Shown: positions 22,247 to 31,262, counted from the first letter of the stretch. The stretch: DNA of 33,389 bases from Elusimicrobiaceae bacterium (GCA_041667045.1 JBAYFS010000001.1:1-33389), one strand, 5' to 3'. Translations and numbers: made by a program. The notes: generated by a model not told the origin, from the letters alone.

Positions 22247-22331
22247 TACCGGGAGTGGGACTCGAACCCACACGCCTTTAAGGGACAATGGTTTTTGAGA
22301 CCATCCTGTCTACCAATTCCAGCATCCCGGC
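22247..22331 (-). tRNA. tRNA-Leu (anticodon CAA), type II, no encoded CCA
   Basis: Reverse complement is GCCGGGATGCTGGAATTGGTAGACAGGATGGTCTCAAAAACCATTGTCCCTTAAAGGCGTGTGGGTTCGAGTCCCACTCCCGGTA. The anticodon stem is ATGGT/ACCAT with loop CTCAAAA, the T arm is GTGGG-TTCGAGT-CCCAC, and the D stem is CTG/CAG. The first acceptor pair would be G1-U72. Confidence 0.8.
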
Positions 22332-22396
22332 AATTTTAAAGCCGCTTTAGATATTCTACCTGATTTCCAGCCGCAAAAGAAGCTTTTTTCGGCCGT

Positions 22397-25063
22397 TTAT
22401 TTGCACTCGCCGAGCAATGCCGCGAGTTTTTCGGCATGGCTCTGAAGGCTTTGCGCGTTATCGCCGCCGCCCTGCGCGAAATCGTCGCGCCCGCCGCCGC
22501 GCGCGCCCACCAAACCGCCCCACTTGCGCACCAAAGCGGAAACATTCACCACGCCTTTCAAATCGCCGCTTATTCCAAGCGCGAACGAGTATTTCCCGTC
22601 CGCCGCCGAAGTCGCCAGCACCACGGTTTTCTGGGAAGACGAGCGCAGCTTGTCGGAAACCGCGCGGAGAGAATCCTTATCCCCTTCCTCAACATCGCTC
22701 CAGACCAGCTTTATGCCGTTGCCCGCCGCGATTTCTTTGTTTTTGGAACCGGCGGAACCGCTCGCTAGCTTCTGCCGAAGTTTCGCAATTTCCTGTTTAA
22801 ATTCCCGCTCTTTATCGAGCAACTGGCCTACCCGCGCGTCAAGTTCGTCCACGGTGGACAAAAGCTTTTTGGCGGCGCTCTCCGCTTTATCCGACACGGA
22901 TTTGTAATACGCTATCGCCGCGGGACCCGCCACGCCCTCTATTCTGCGCACGCCGGAGGACAGGGCGGAATCTTTCAATATTTTAAGCGTCATCAGCTGT
23001 CTTGTCCTGTCAACGTGTATGCCGCCGCAAAGTTCAAGGCTGTAGCGGTTAAGCGCGTCTTCCCAGCCTTCTTCATTAATCAAAATGAAGCGCGCCGGAT
23101 CGGAATATTTTTCGCCCAGAAGCGTAACGGCGCCAAGCTGTTCGGCGTCTTTAAGCGGCCGTTCCTCTTTATAAACGGTATAGTCCTCGCTTATCGCCGT
23201 ATTGGAGATCGCTTCAACCTGCGCTATCTCCTCTTTCGAGGGAGAACGGCTTATCGTATAGTCAAAACGGAACCGGTCCGGCCCCACGTAGGAACCGGCC
23301 TGCCTGACAGAGTCGCCCAGAACCTGGCGCAAAGCAGCGTTAACCAAGTGAACGGCGGTATGGTTCGCCGCAATGGCAGAACGCGCGTTTTTGTTTACTT
23401 CGGCCAGAATTTCGTCGCCTTCGCAGATTCTTGCCGACGTTTCTATTTCATGAAAAAAAGCTTTCCCCGCCGGTTTCTGCGTGTCCAGCACGCGGGCAAT
23501 CACCACACCGGCGGAATCGCAAAGAACTCCGGTATCGCCCACCTGCCCGCCCGATTCGGCGTAAAAAGGCGTGCTTTCCAAAACGGCGTAGCCTTTCGAG
23601 TGGGACGGCAAAGCGGAAACCATTTCCCCTTTATCGTTCAAAAGGCCCGCTACGCGCGTTTTAGCGCGCAAAGACCCGTAATAACCGGTGAACGGAGTGA
23701 CACCGAACTTTTCGTCGGCGGAGTGAAAGGAAAAGGAGCCGGAATCGCCGGAGCCTTTCCAGCCCGATTTAGCCAGTTCCTGCGCTTTTTTTCGCGCGTC
23801 CTCGAACTCGCGTTCATCAACGGCAAAACCTTTCGAGGAGGCTATTTCGCGGGTAAGCTCCAGCGGAAAACCGTAGGTTTCATAGAGGTTGAACGCCTCC
23901 GCGCCGGGGATCGTGCCGGAATATTTTTCCAGCAGTTCGGCGAGTTTGCCTTCTCCGCTTTCCAGAGTTTCCATAAACCGCTCCTCTTCGGCTTTCACCG
24001 TTTCGGAGATGTGCGCCATATTTTTGCGGATTTCCGGGTAAATATCGCCGAACAAATCATTGACCGGCGCAATAAGCTCGTGCATGAACGGATCTTTCCG
24101 GCCCAGCAGCTTGCCGTAGCGGACGGTGCGGCGGATAATGCGGCGCAGAACGTAGCCGCGCCCTTCGTTGGACGGGGTTATCCCTTCCGCTATCAGAAAA
24201 GCGGCCGCACGCGAGTGGTCGGCCGCCACGCGCAAAGCGAGCCTTGAAAGCGCGTCCCGCTCCGAGCTGGTTTTAAGCAGTTCGGCCGCCGCGGCGGATA
24301 TGGGCGCGAACAAATCGGTGGCGAACGGGGATTTTTTACCCTGAATCACGGTGGTTAACCGCTCAAGGCCCATGCCGGTGTCTATATTCTTGCGCGGAAG
24401 GGCGATCAGGCTGCCGTCTTCCTGCCGGTCAAACTGGGTGAACACAAGGTTCCATATTTCAATATACCTGTCACAGTCGCAGCCGACACCGGAACAATTG
24501 TCATGAGACGCCATGTCCGGCCCGAAATCGTAATAAATTTCCGAGGAAGGTCCGCAGGGACCGGTAGGGCCCATGGTCCAGAAATTATCCTTGTCGCCCA
24601 TGAATTTTATCCGGCCTTCGCGCAAATTGGCAGGCAGCACTTTGCGCCATATTTCCGCCGCCTCTTCATCTTTCGGCGCGCTTTTACCGTCAAAAACGGT
24701 CACATAAAGCCGGGCAGGATCAATATGCACGCATTTGGTCAGATATTCCCAGGCCCAGGCGATGGCGTCTTCCTTAAAGTAATCGCCAAACGAAAAATTG
24801 CCCAGCATTTCAAAAAATGTGAGGTGGCGCACCGTGGTGCCCACGCGCTCGATATCCGTTGTGCGGAAACATTTCTGCACGCTGGCGGCGCGGGTAAGCT
24901 CTCTTTTAAGGCCGAGGAAATATGGCTTGAGCGGAACCATGCCCGCGGCGGTGAAAAGCAGAGTGGGATCGCTCTGCGGGATCAGCGAACTGGACGGCAG
25001 TATCGGATGCTCTTTGCTTTTGAAAAAACCGGTATAACTGTTGCGTATATCTTTTCCGTTCAT
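22397..25063 (-). CDS. alaS: Alanine--tRNA ligase
   Basis: 888 aa from MNGKDIRNSYTGFFKSKEHPILPSSSLIP. Class II core motifs are FTAAGMVPLKPYF, WGPCGPSSEIYYD and IEIWNLVFTQFDR. Editing-domain motifs are HTAVHLVNAAL and CGGIHV. The extra 14 codons of the track ORF (to 25105) overlap a terminator hairpin. Confidence 0.95.
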   Translation of the reverse strand: MNGKDIRNSYTGFFKSKEHPILPSSSLIPQSDPTLLFTAAGMVPLKPYFLGLKRELTRAASVQKCFRTTDIERVGTTVRHLTFFEMLGNFSFGDYFKEDAIAWAWEYLTKCVHIDPARLYVTVFDGKSAPKDEEAAEIWRKVLPANLREGRIKFMGDKDNFWTMGPTGPCGPSSEIYYDFGPDMASHDNCSGVGCDCDRYIEIWNLVFTQFDRQEDGSLIALPRKNIDTGMGLERLTTVIQGKKSPFATDLFAPISAAAAELLKTSSERDALSRLALRVAADHSRAAAFLIAEGITPSNEGRGYVLRRIIRRTVRYGKLLGRKDPFMHELIAPVNDLFGDIYPEIRKNMAHISETVKAEEERFMETLESGEGKLAELLEKYSGTIPGAEAFNLYETYGFPLELTREIASSKGFAVDEREFEDARKKAQELAKSGWKGSGDSGSFSFHSADEKFGVTPFTGYYGSLRAKTRVAGLLNDKGEMVSALPSHSKGYAVLESTPFYAESGGQVGDTGVLCDSAGVVIARVLDTQKPAGKAFFHEIETSARICEGDEILAEVNKNARSAIAANHTAVHLVNAALRQVLGDSVRQAGSYVGPDRFRFDYTISRSPSKEEIAQVEAISNTAISEDYTVYKEERPLKDAEQLGAVTLLGEKYSDPARFILINEEGWEDALNRYSLELCGGIHVDRTRQLMTLKILKDSALSSGVRRIEGVAGPAAIAYYKSVSDKAESAAKKLLSTVDELDARVGQLLDKEREFKQEIAKLRQKLASGSAGSKNKEIAAGNGIKLVWSDVEEGDKDSLRAVSDKLRSSSQKTVVLATSAADGKYSFALGISGDLKGVVNVSALVRKWGGLVGARGGGRDDFAQGGGDNAQSLQSHAEKLAALLGECK

Positions 25064-25096
25064 AATATAGAAGTATATCAAAAAACCCGGCGCCGT

Positions 25097-25129
25097 AAAA
25101 AACACGGGCCCCGCCTTAGGCGGAGCCCG
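25097..25129 (-). terminator. Intrinsic terminator after the pilin-like gene
   Basis: Minus strand reads CGGGCTCCGCC-taa-GGCGGGGCCCG, an 11-bp stem with one G-U pair, followed by TGTTTTTT. Confidence 0.6.
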
Positions 25130-25150
25130 GACTTTCCGTAAAAACCATTT

Positions 25151-25594
25151 CTATTCGGTTGACCAGACGATACCCTTGGAATCGTTTTTCGTGCAGTTTA
25201 CCACAAAAGTGCCCCAGCCGGTCTCAGACGAGACGTTGGCGTAAGCCCATCCGCCGGAACCGTTTACGAAAGTGGAGGTTGAATCGCCGTGCACGGCATT
25301 GCTGTCCGTCGCGTGCTGAGGGATTTTTGCCGTGGGCATTTCATTTAAATAACGCGGAGCCAGACAAGCCAGTTCGTCCGTTGGGTAAGTTCCTTCAGTT
25401 TCGCCAAAATACACGACCAGCGCGCTGCGCACCGAACCCAGGCCGCCCTTTGTGGCGCCCTCCCTGGAATTGTTTATGAGCGAAGCGAATTTCGGAATCC
25501 CGACCGCCGCCAAAACAGCCACGACCGCCACAACTATCATCAATTCAACCAGGGTAAAACCGCGCCTGTCCGCCGCATTGCAAATCCCTTTCAT
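25151..25594 (-). CDS. Prepilin-type N-terminal cleavage/methylation domain protein (type IV pilin / pseudopilin-like)
   Basis: ATG at 25594 is preceded by GGGAAGGAGGGGAG. The leader is MKGICNAADRRG|FTLVELMIVVAVVAVLAAVGIPKF, with the class III signal G-1, F+1, E+5. 147 aa. Confidence 0.8.
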   Translation of the reverse strand: MKGICNAADRRGFTLVELMIVVAVVAVLAAVGIPKFASLINNSREGATKGGLGSVRSALVVYFGETEGTYPTDELACLAPRYLNEMPTAKIPQHATDSNAVHGDSTSTFVNGSGGWAYANVSSETGWGTFVVNCTKNDSKGIVWSTE

Positions 25595-25713
25595 CTCCCC
25601 TCCTTCCCAACACTCCACAGCTGACACTTTTATCATAACATGAGAATACCGCAAAAAACAATACCGCCGCCTAATTTTGTATATTATAATGGAAGCTGTG
25701 TTAACGGTAAACT

Positions 25714-26649
25714 ATGACATTCCGAAGCTATTGTTTTGTAATAAACCCCAATTCCGGTTCAAAAAGCAAACAGAAAACGCTGCTGGGAAACATCAAAAAG
25801 GTATTTTCCGGCTCCGCCGCCAAATATGAAGTTTATATGACCATGGCGCCGGGCCATGCGGCGCAGACCGCCCGAATGGCGCTGGAAAAGGGGTTCGACT
25901 GCGTTATCGCAGCCGGAGGCGACGGCACGATAAACGAAATCGTGCAGGTTCTCGCCGGCACCCCCGTAGCGCTGGGCATTATCCCGCTGGGCTCCGGCAA
26001 CGGACTGGCGCGTTCACTGGACATCCCGCTCACGCTGAGCAGCGCCTGCAGAATGCTTTTAAACGGGTGTGTGAGGAAAATAGACCTCGGCATGGTTAAC
26101 GGCGAATATTTCGCGAATGTCGCCGGCATAGGCATTGACGAGAAAATCGGAACCGCTTTCAACCGCGCCGGCGCGCGGGGCAGGCGCGGAATGATGAAAT
26201 ACTTTCTGGTGGGGATACCGCATTTCCTGTTTTACAGGCCGCTTGAGTATTATGTCCAGAGCGACAAGTTCTCCGGGCGGATAAAACCGTGCACCCTTAC
26301 CTTCGCCAACGGCAAACAATTCGGCAGCGGGGCGGAAATAGCGCCCGGCGCCGACATGAGCGACGGTTTGCTTGATTTCGTGGCCGTAAAACATATCCGC
26401 TTTTTTTCCCTGCCCAAAGCCCTTTACAAATTCTTCACCGGCAGGATCGCGGAACTGGAATACGCCGACAGCCGCAGGGTGCAGTCCGTTCTTGTGGTAG
26501 GGTCAGAGCCGATACTCTATCACCTGGACGGGGAATCCCGCTCCGGACCGAACGAACTGGTTTTTTCGGTCAAGCCGGGCATGCTGAATGTTATCGTTCC
26601 GCAGCAAAATCTTAATGTCTGGGATTTGAGCAATCTGCGCAGGGCCTAA
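25714..26649 (+). CDS. Lipid kinase, diacylglycerol kinase catalytic-domain family (YegS/BmrU/DagK-like)
   Basis: 311 aa with motifs VIAAGGDGTINEIV, GIIPLGSGNGLARSL and HLDGE. Confidence 0.85.
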   Translation: MTFRSYCFVINPNSGSKSKQKTLLGNIKKVFSGSAAKYEVYMTMAPGHAAQTARMALEKGFDCVIAAGGDGTINEIVQVLAGTPVALGIIPLGSGNGLARSLDIPLTLSSACRMLLNGCVRKIDLGMVNGEYFANVAGIGIDEKIGTAFNRAGARGRRGMMKYFLVGIPHFLFYRPLEYYVQSDKFSGRIKPCTLTFANGKQFGSGAEIAPGADMSDGLLDFVAVKHIRFFSLPKALYKFFTGRIAELEYADSRRVQSVLVVGSEPILYHLDGESRSGPNELVFSVKPGMLNVIVPQQNLNVWDLSNLRRA

Positions 26650-26794
26650 CGAGCGGCCCGCAATTGACAGCTTTGAAGTACTATGGTAGAAATATAGAGG
26701 ATGCTTTACGGCGTTAGGGTCTATTCAAGATTCGGTTTTTCCAGTGGAAAAGGGTATTTTGAACGGGGTCTTGCCGAAATAAACGGAGGATAAT

Positions 26795-27373
26795 ATGAAA
26801 AAGCTTATGTTTTCCGCGCTTGTCGCGATGACTGTGGTTTTCGTGGCCGGCTGCGGAGGAGGAAAAAAGGAAATCGCGTCTGAGCCGATGGTGCCCAACG
26901 CGCCCGAATGGGTTAACAAAGGGACCGGCGCGTTCACCGACGCGAACGGGCAGAAAGTGTTTTACGGGGTAGGCATGGTTTCAGGAGTACGCAACCGCGC
27001 TCTCGCGATTCAGGCCGCCGACCAGCGCGCCCGCTCCGAAATAGCGAAATCGCTGGACAATTATGTCGCGGTCCTCACCAAGGATTACATGGCCTCCACC
27101 ACCGCCGGGAATATGGACAAATCCAGCGAAGAACAGGACATTTCGACCACCCTCAAAGGTTTCACCAAATTCACGCTCCAGGGCGCGGTTATCGTAGACC
27201 ACTGGCGCGATCCTTCCGACGGAACGGTTTGCTCCCTCGCCAAACTCGACATGGCCGCCGTCCAGCAGACGCTTAACGACGCCAAAGAACTTGACGCCAA
27301 AATGCGCGATTTCGTGAGAGCCAACGCCGACAAATCGTTCGACGCGCTCGCCGCGGAAGAAGCAAAACACTAA
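26795..27373 (+). CDS. LPP20-family lipoprotein
   Basis: Lipobox is MKKLMFSALVAMTVVFVAG|C. The LPP20 pattern is PEWVNKGTGAF...FYGVGMVSGVRNRALAIQAADQRARSEIAKSLDNYV. RBS is ACGGAGGA. Confidence 0.75.
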   Translation: MKKLMFSALVAMTVVFVAGCGGGKKEIASEPMVPNAPEWVNKGTGAFTDANGQKVFYGVGMVSGVRNRALAIQAADQRARSEIAKSLDNYVAVLTKDYMASTTAGNMDKSSEEQDISTTLKGFTKFTLQGAVIVDHWRDPSDGTVCSLAKLDMAAVQQTLNDAKELDAKMRDFVRANADKSFDALAAEEAKH

Positions 27374-27402
27374 CACGCTGTATTTTAAAGGAAACCTCAA
27401 TT

Positions 27403-28002
27403 ATGAAAAAAATGGCTCTTATCCTTTTGGCAGGCCTGCTGCCGGTCCTGTCCTGCGGCTGCGGCACCAGCGTAGAACGCATGGACACCAATGAAGTCAA
27501 AGACCTCAGCGGCCGCTGGAACGACACGGACTCCCGGCTCGTAGCCGATGAAATGATCAACGATTCGCTTTCCCGCCCCTGGTACGCCCAGGCGCAGGCG
27601 AAGCTTTCGCGGATTCCCGTGGTCATTGTGGGCGCGGTAGCCAACAGCAGCAGCGAACATATCGCAACCGACGCGTTTGTGGAAAACCTTCAGCGCTCGC
27701 TGATCAACTCCGGCAAAGTCGCCTTCGTTGCGAACTCGTCAGAACGCGGCCAGATGCGCCAGGAACGGCTTGACCAGGACACCAACGCCACGGACGACAC
27801 CCGCAAAGCGCACGGCCAGGAAACTGGCTCCGACTATATTCTCACCGGCAACATCACTTCCATTGAAGACCAGGAAGGCGGCAAGAAAATTGTTTACTAT
27901 CAGGTCAACCTCAAGCTCGTTGACATGCAGTCGAACATGATAGTCTGGAACGGCGAGAAGAAAATCAAGAAATTCGTGAAGCGGTCATCCGTAGGCCTGT
28001 AA
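27403..28002 (+). CDS. LpoB-like (COG3417-type) lipoprotein
   Basis: Lipobox is LLPVLS|C. The pattern DLSGRWNDTDSRLVADEMI...IPVVIVGAVANSS...DYILTGNITSIEDQ...YYQVNLKLVDMQSNMIVW is typical of the LpoB/penicillin-binding-protein-activator fold family (from memory). Confidence 0.7.
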   Translation: MKKMALILLAGLLPVLSCGCGTSVERMDTNEVKDLSGRWNDTDSRLVADEMINDSLSRPWYAQAQAKLSRIPVVIVGAVANSSSEHIATDAFVENLQRSLINSGKVAFVANSSERGQMRQERLDQDTNATDDTRKAHGQETGSDYILTGNITSIEDQEGGKKIVYYQVNLKLVDMQSNMIVWNGEKKIKKFVKRSSVGL

Positions 28003-28012
28003 GCTACCGGAA

Positions 28013-29350
28013 ATGATTCCTTCACCGTTAAATCTGAAAAAACTAGTACGGCTCATTCTGCCGGCGGCTCTTGCAATTGCCGCCGGCGGATGCGCCGGCC
28101 CTTCATTTTCCTATAAAAAAAGCCTCGTGCAGGACATTGCGGCGCAGAACTATACCGCAGCCCTGAAAAAAGTTGATGAAAGCAAGAGCAAACAATACGG
28201 CTCGAAAAACATGCTCCTTTACCACCTGGACCGCGGCCTGCTGCTCCATGAAGCGGGCCAGTACAAGGAAAGCGACAAGAGTTTTGACGACGCTGAAATA
28301 CTCTACGACGAACTTTACACGAAAAGCCTCACCGGCGCGGCCGGCACGCTGTTCATAAACGACAACACCGCCCCCTATTACGGCAAACCTTACGACAAAT
28401 CGCTGATGCACGTTTTCCGCGCGCTGAACTACGCCTACACGGGCGATATCCAGGGCGGGCTGGTGGAAGTCAGAAAACTGAATCTGTTTTTCCGCGGCCT
28501 GCGCGACAAGAACTCGTCGGGCTACCGCGACGACGCGTTCGCCGAATATCTTGGCGGCCTGCTCTATCAGGCCAACGGAAACACAGATGACGCCCGCATT
28601 TCGTTTAACGCCGCGGCGGACGCCTACAAATGGTACCAGCGCGATTACAAGGTATCCCCGCCGCCAGTGAGCACCGCGGCGGCCTGCGCCAACTGCGGAG
28701 AAGTGATTTTCCTTCACTATAACGGCGTTTCCCCCATCATGGTTTCGCACACCATACAGGTAGCGTGGAACGAAGCCGTTTTCGCCGTTCGCGCCAGCGA
28801 TAGTATCGGGAAGGAAGACTCCGCCAAATTTGAAAACGCGATTGTCGCCGGGGTTTACACCAACGCCATAACCGTGGCTTTGCCGGGATTTGAGGATATA
28901 CCCTACGCCATAAAAGGTTCAGAGGTCTTTGTGGACAGCCAGACTTACCCGACCGTTCTTATGGAAGATATCGGCATGATAGAGAAAAAACTGCTGGCGC
29001 AGAATCTGACCGCGATAACGCTGCGCGCGTCCGCCCGCGCCATGCTCAAATATGTGCTGGGCGAGATGATTTCCAACCAGGTGCAGGAAAATCAGGGCGA
29101 CGCCCTGGGCCTGCTCGCCAAAGTGGTGACCAGCGCGGCCGCGGCGGGAACCGAAGTGGCTGACACCCGGTCCTGGGTTACCCTGCCGGACCAGCTTCGC
29201 ATGGCCCGCATCCAGCTGCCGCCGGGCCGGCACAACCTGCATCTGACTTTCAAAACCGCAGACGGCAGCTCCGCTGGTGATGCGGTTTTAAAGGATATAG
29301 AAGTAACTCCGGGCCAAAAGACTTTCGTGCATTACCGGACCGCTGATTAA
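28013..29350 (+). CDS. Large lipoprotein with a TPR-like N-terminal region, function unknown
   Basis: Lipobox is LAIAAGG|C. 445 aa. The N-terminal region YGSKNMLLYHLDRGLLLHEAGQYKESDKSFDDAE...HVFRALNYAYTGDIQGGLVEVRK is helical-repeat-like. I recall a COG3014-type family with this layout, unverified. Confidence 0.6.
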   Translation: MIPSPLNLKKLVRLILPAALAIAAGGCAGPSFSYKKSLVQDIAAQNYTAALKKVDESKSKQYGSKNMLLYHLDRGLLLHEAGQYKESDKSFDDAEILYDELYTKSLTGAAGTLFINDNTAPYYGKPYDKSLMHVFRALNYAYTGDIQGGLVEVRKLNLFFRGLRDKNSSGYRDDAFAEYLGGLLYQANGNTDDARISFNAAADAYKWYQRDYKVSPPPVSTAAACANCGEVIFLHYNGVSPIMVSHTIQVAWNEAVFAVRASDSIGKEDSAKFENAIVAGVYTNAITVALPGFEDIPYAIKGSEVFVDSQTYPTVLMEDIGMIEKKLLAQNLTAITLRASARAMLKYVLGEMISNQVQENQGDALGLLAKVVTSAAAAGTEVADTRSWVTLPDQLRMARIQLPPGRHNLHLTFKTADGSSAGDAVLKDIEVTPGQKTFVHYRTAD

Positions 29351-29375
29351 GGAACAGTATTATTAGGGAGGGAAC

Positions 29376-30419
29376 ATGAAAAAGAAATTTTTGCTTTCCG
29401 CCGCCACGGCTGTTATTATGCTGGCAGGCTGCGCGGCTAATAAAGCCTCGGTTGTTTCGGTTAAGGACAGGCCGGACTGGATAAACGGGGAAAGCGCCGA
29501 ATACCCGCGCGACAAATATGTGATCGGGGTCGGCCTGGCCGACGACCGCGACTCCGCGCAAGACCGTGCCCGCGCGCAGATAGCGCAGGTTTTTTCGTCG
29601 CTCATCCAGGTTACGAGCGAGATGTCGGCGCGCGAAAAAACCGACACGCTCGGCGACAAATCCAGCACTTCCTATAACAGCGACGTGAGTGAAAACGTAA
29701 AATCCACTTCCGAAAAAATGCTGGAAGGCGTTGAAATAGTGCAGGTTTACACCGACCCGCAGACCAAACAGAACTACGCGCTTGCGATTTTAAACCGCGC
29801 GAACGCCGCTTCCGCCATACGCCAGAAAATGGCCGAACTCGATATGCAGCTGACCAGTTTCGAAAGCGATTTCAACGCCGCGCAGGATAAGTTCGGCAAA
29901 GCCAAAGCCGCCGCCAAAGCGCTGGCACTATTAAAGGAGCGAACCGCCATAAACTCCGATCTGCGCGTGCTGGCAAGCGCGGGGTCGGAAAACGAACTGG
30001 CCGCCGGCATGACGGCAGATTACCAAAAAGCCCTCGCGGCGCTCAACATACAGGTCACCATTGACGGCGACCGGTCCACCGAGGTGGAAACTGGCATAAT
30101 CAAAGCCTTAAATTCGATGGGGCTCACCGCCAAGGCGGGTCCGGCGGACGCCGGCTCGGACATAGTGGTTTCCGCGAAAGTTGATTGCGGCCAGATACGA
30201 AAAGACGATATCGGCAAATGGAAATGGGCGCAGGCCGGCGTCACGGTTTCCGTTTCGGAAGCGCGTAGCGGAAACGTATTCCTGCGGTTTGACGTTTCGG
30301 ACCGCGAAGCGTCCTCCGATCTTGACACGGCGATAAGCCGCGCCCTCTCAGGCGCAGGCGTTAAAACCGCGCAGGGTATTGAGGCGGGTATCAGGAACTA
30401 TTTTGGGAAAATGCAGTAA
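29376..30419 (+). CDS. Lipoprotein with an LPP20-like N-terminal domain and an extended C-terminal region
   Basis: Lipobox is VIMLAG|C. The LPP20-like pattern is RPDWINGESAEYPRDKYVIGVGLADDRDSAQDRARAQIAQVFSSLIQV. 347 aa. Confidence 0.6.
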   Translation: MKKKFLLSAATAVIMLAGCAANKASVVSVKDRPDWINGESAEYPRDKYVIGVGLADDRDSAQDRARAQIAQVFSSLIQVTSEMSAREKTDTLGDKSSTSYNSDVSENVKSTSEKMLEGVEIVQVYTDPQTKQNYALAILNRANAASAIRQKMAELDMQLTSFESDFNAAQDKFGKAKAAAKALALLKERTAINSDLRVLASAGSENELAAGMTADYQKALAALNIQVTIDGDRSTEVETGIIKALNSMGLTAKAGPADAGSDIVVSAKVDCGQIRKDDIGKWKWAQAGVTVSVSEARSGNVFLRFDVSDREASSDLDTAISRALSGAGVKTAQGIEAGIRNYFGKMQ

Positions 30420-30465
30420 AACCCTTCCTTCACGGCAGGGATTATATTAACAAAGAGGATACTAA

Positions 30466-31254
30466 ATGAAAAAAGTTCTGCTTGTTGCTTGCGTAGTCGC
30501 GCTTGCGGGAAGTTTCGCCGCGGCGCAGGATATGTCCACCGCCACAGTGCCGGCCCCCGCCGAATCAGCCGACACGGAAAAGGCGAATACGTTTTACACG
30601 CTGGGTTTCGTTATGGGCGAAGGCCTTAAAAACTTCAGCGTCACGGCCGACGAAATGAAGCTGATAGCGCCGGGCATCCAGGACGCCGCGCTGGGCGAAA
30701 AGGCCAGAATCGACACAAAAACCTATATGCCCAAGCTTGAAGCCATGGCCCACGAGCGCATGGCCGCGAAAGCCGAAGTGGAAAAAAAGAAATCCGGCGA
30801 TTACCTCGCGAAGATGAAAGCCGAAACGAAAGCCGTCACCCTGCCGTCGGGCATCATCATGATCTCCGTAGCGGACGGAACGGGCGCCTATCCCGCCGCG
30901 ACCGACACGGTGGAAGTGAAATATAGGGGCACGCTCACCGACGGAACGGTTTTCGACGATTCCTCGCGCGTCGACTACCCCGTCAAATTCCCGCTCTCCC
31001 GCGTTATCCCCTGCTGGACGGAAGGCATCCAGAAAATCAAGAAAGGTGGAAAAGCCAAACTGGTCTGCCCGTCCGACACCGCCTACGGCGACATGGGCAT
31101 GCCGCCCGTCATCCCCGGCGGAGCGACGCTGACTTTTGACGTCGAACTTGTGGACATAGCGAAACCCGAACCCGCCGAGAAGAAAACCGCGGCCCCGGCT
31201 GAAGTCAAGAAAGGCAAACCGCAGCCGGCAGTTAAAAAAGATAAAAAAGCCTAA
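30466..31254 (+). CDS. fkpA: Periplasmic FKBP-type peptidyl-prolyl cis-trans isomerase (FkpA/Mip-like)
   Basis: Signal peptide is MKKVLLVACVVALAGSFAAA|QD. There is an N-terminal dimerisation-type helical region. The FKBP core is VKYRGTLTDGTVFDDS...PLSRVIPCWTEGIQKIKKGGKAKLVCPSDTAYG...GGATLTFDVELVDI, followed by a Lys/Pro-rich tail. Confidence 0.9.
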   Translation: MKKVLLVACVVALAGSFAAAQDMSTATVPAPAESADTEKANTFYTLGFVMGEGLKNFSVTADEMKLIAPGIQDAALGEKARIDTKTYMPKLEAMAHERMAAKAEVEKKKSGDYLAKMKAETKAVTLPSGIIMISVADGTGAYPAATDTVEVKYRGTLTDGTVFDDSSRVDYPVKFPLSRVIPCWTEGIQKIKKGGKAKLVCPSDTAYGDMGMPPVIPGGATLTFDVELVDIAKPEPAEKKTAAPAEVKKGKPQPAVKKDKKA

Positions 31255-31262
31255 AGTTTAAA

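Noticed and set aside
21986-22298. ORFs 21986-22189 (-), 22008-22271 (-), 22051-22281 (+) and 22077-22298 (+) in the inter-tRNA spacer.
   Set aside because: They cross terminator hairpins and the tRNA-Leu(CAA) gene, are Arg/Pro-rich, have no RBS, and overlap one another in several frames.
22353-22393. A possible TAGAAT -10 element for tRNA-Leu(CAA) and an AT-rich hairpin (22370-22393) after alaS.
   Set aside because: There is no convincing -35, and the hairpin is A/T-based with a bulge and no T-run. The evidence is too weak to call either a promoter or a terminator.
22417-25141. Long plus-strand ORFs inside alaS (22417-22800, 22436-22768, 22524-22907, 23015-24247, 23431-23664, 24503-25141, 24798-25037).
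   Set aside because: They are antisense shadows of a highly conserved gene with Arg/Phe/Gly-biased, low-complexity translations. alaS on the minus strand explains the region completely.
25595-25654. Upstream extension of the pilin-like ORF (MRYSHVMIKVSAVECWEGGE).
   Set aside because: The GGGAAGGAGGGGAG RBS sits inside it, directly before the ATG at 25594. That start gives a canonical short prepilin leader ending in G|FTLVE.
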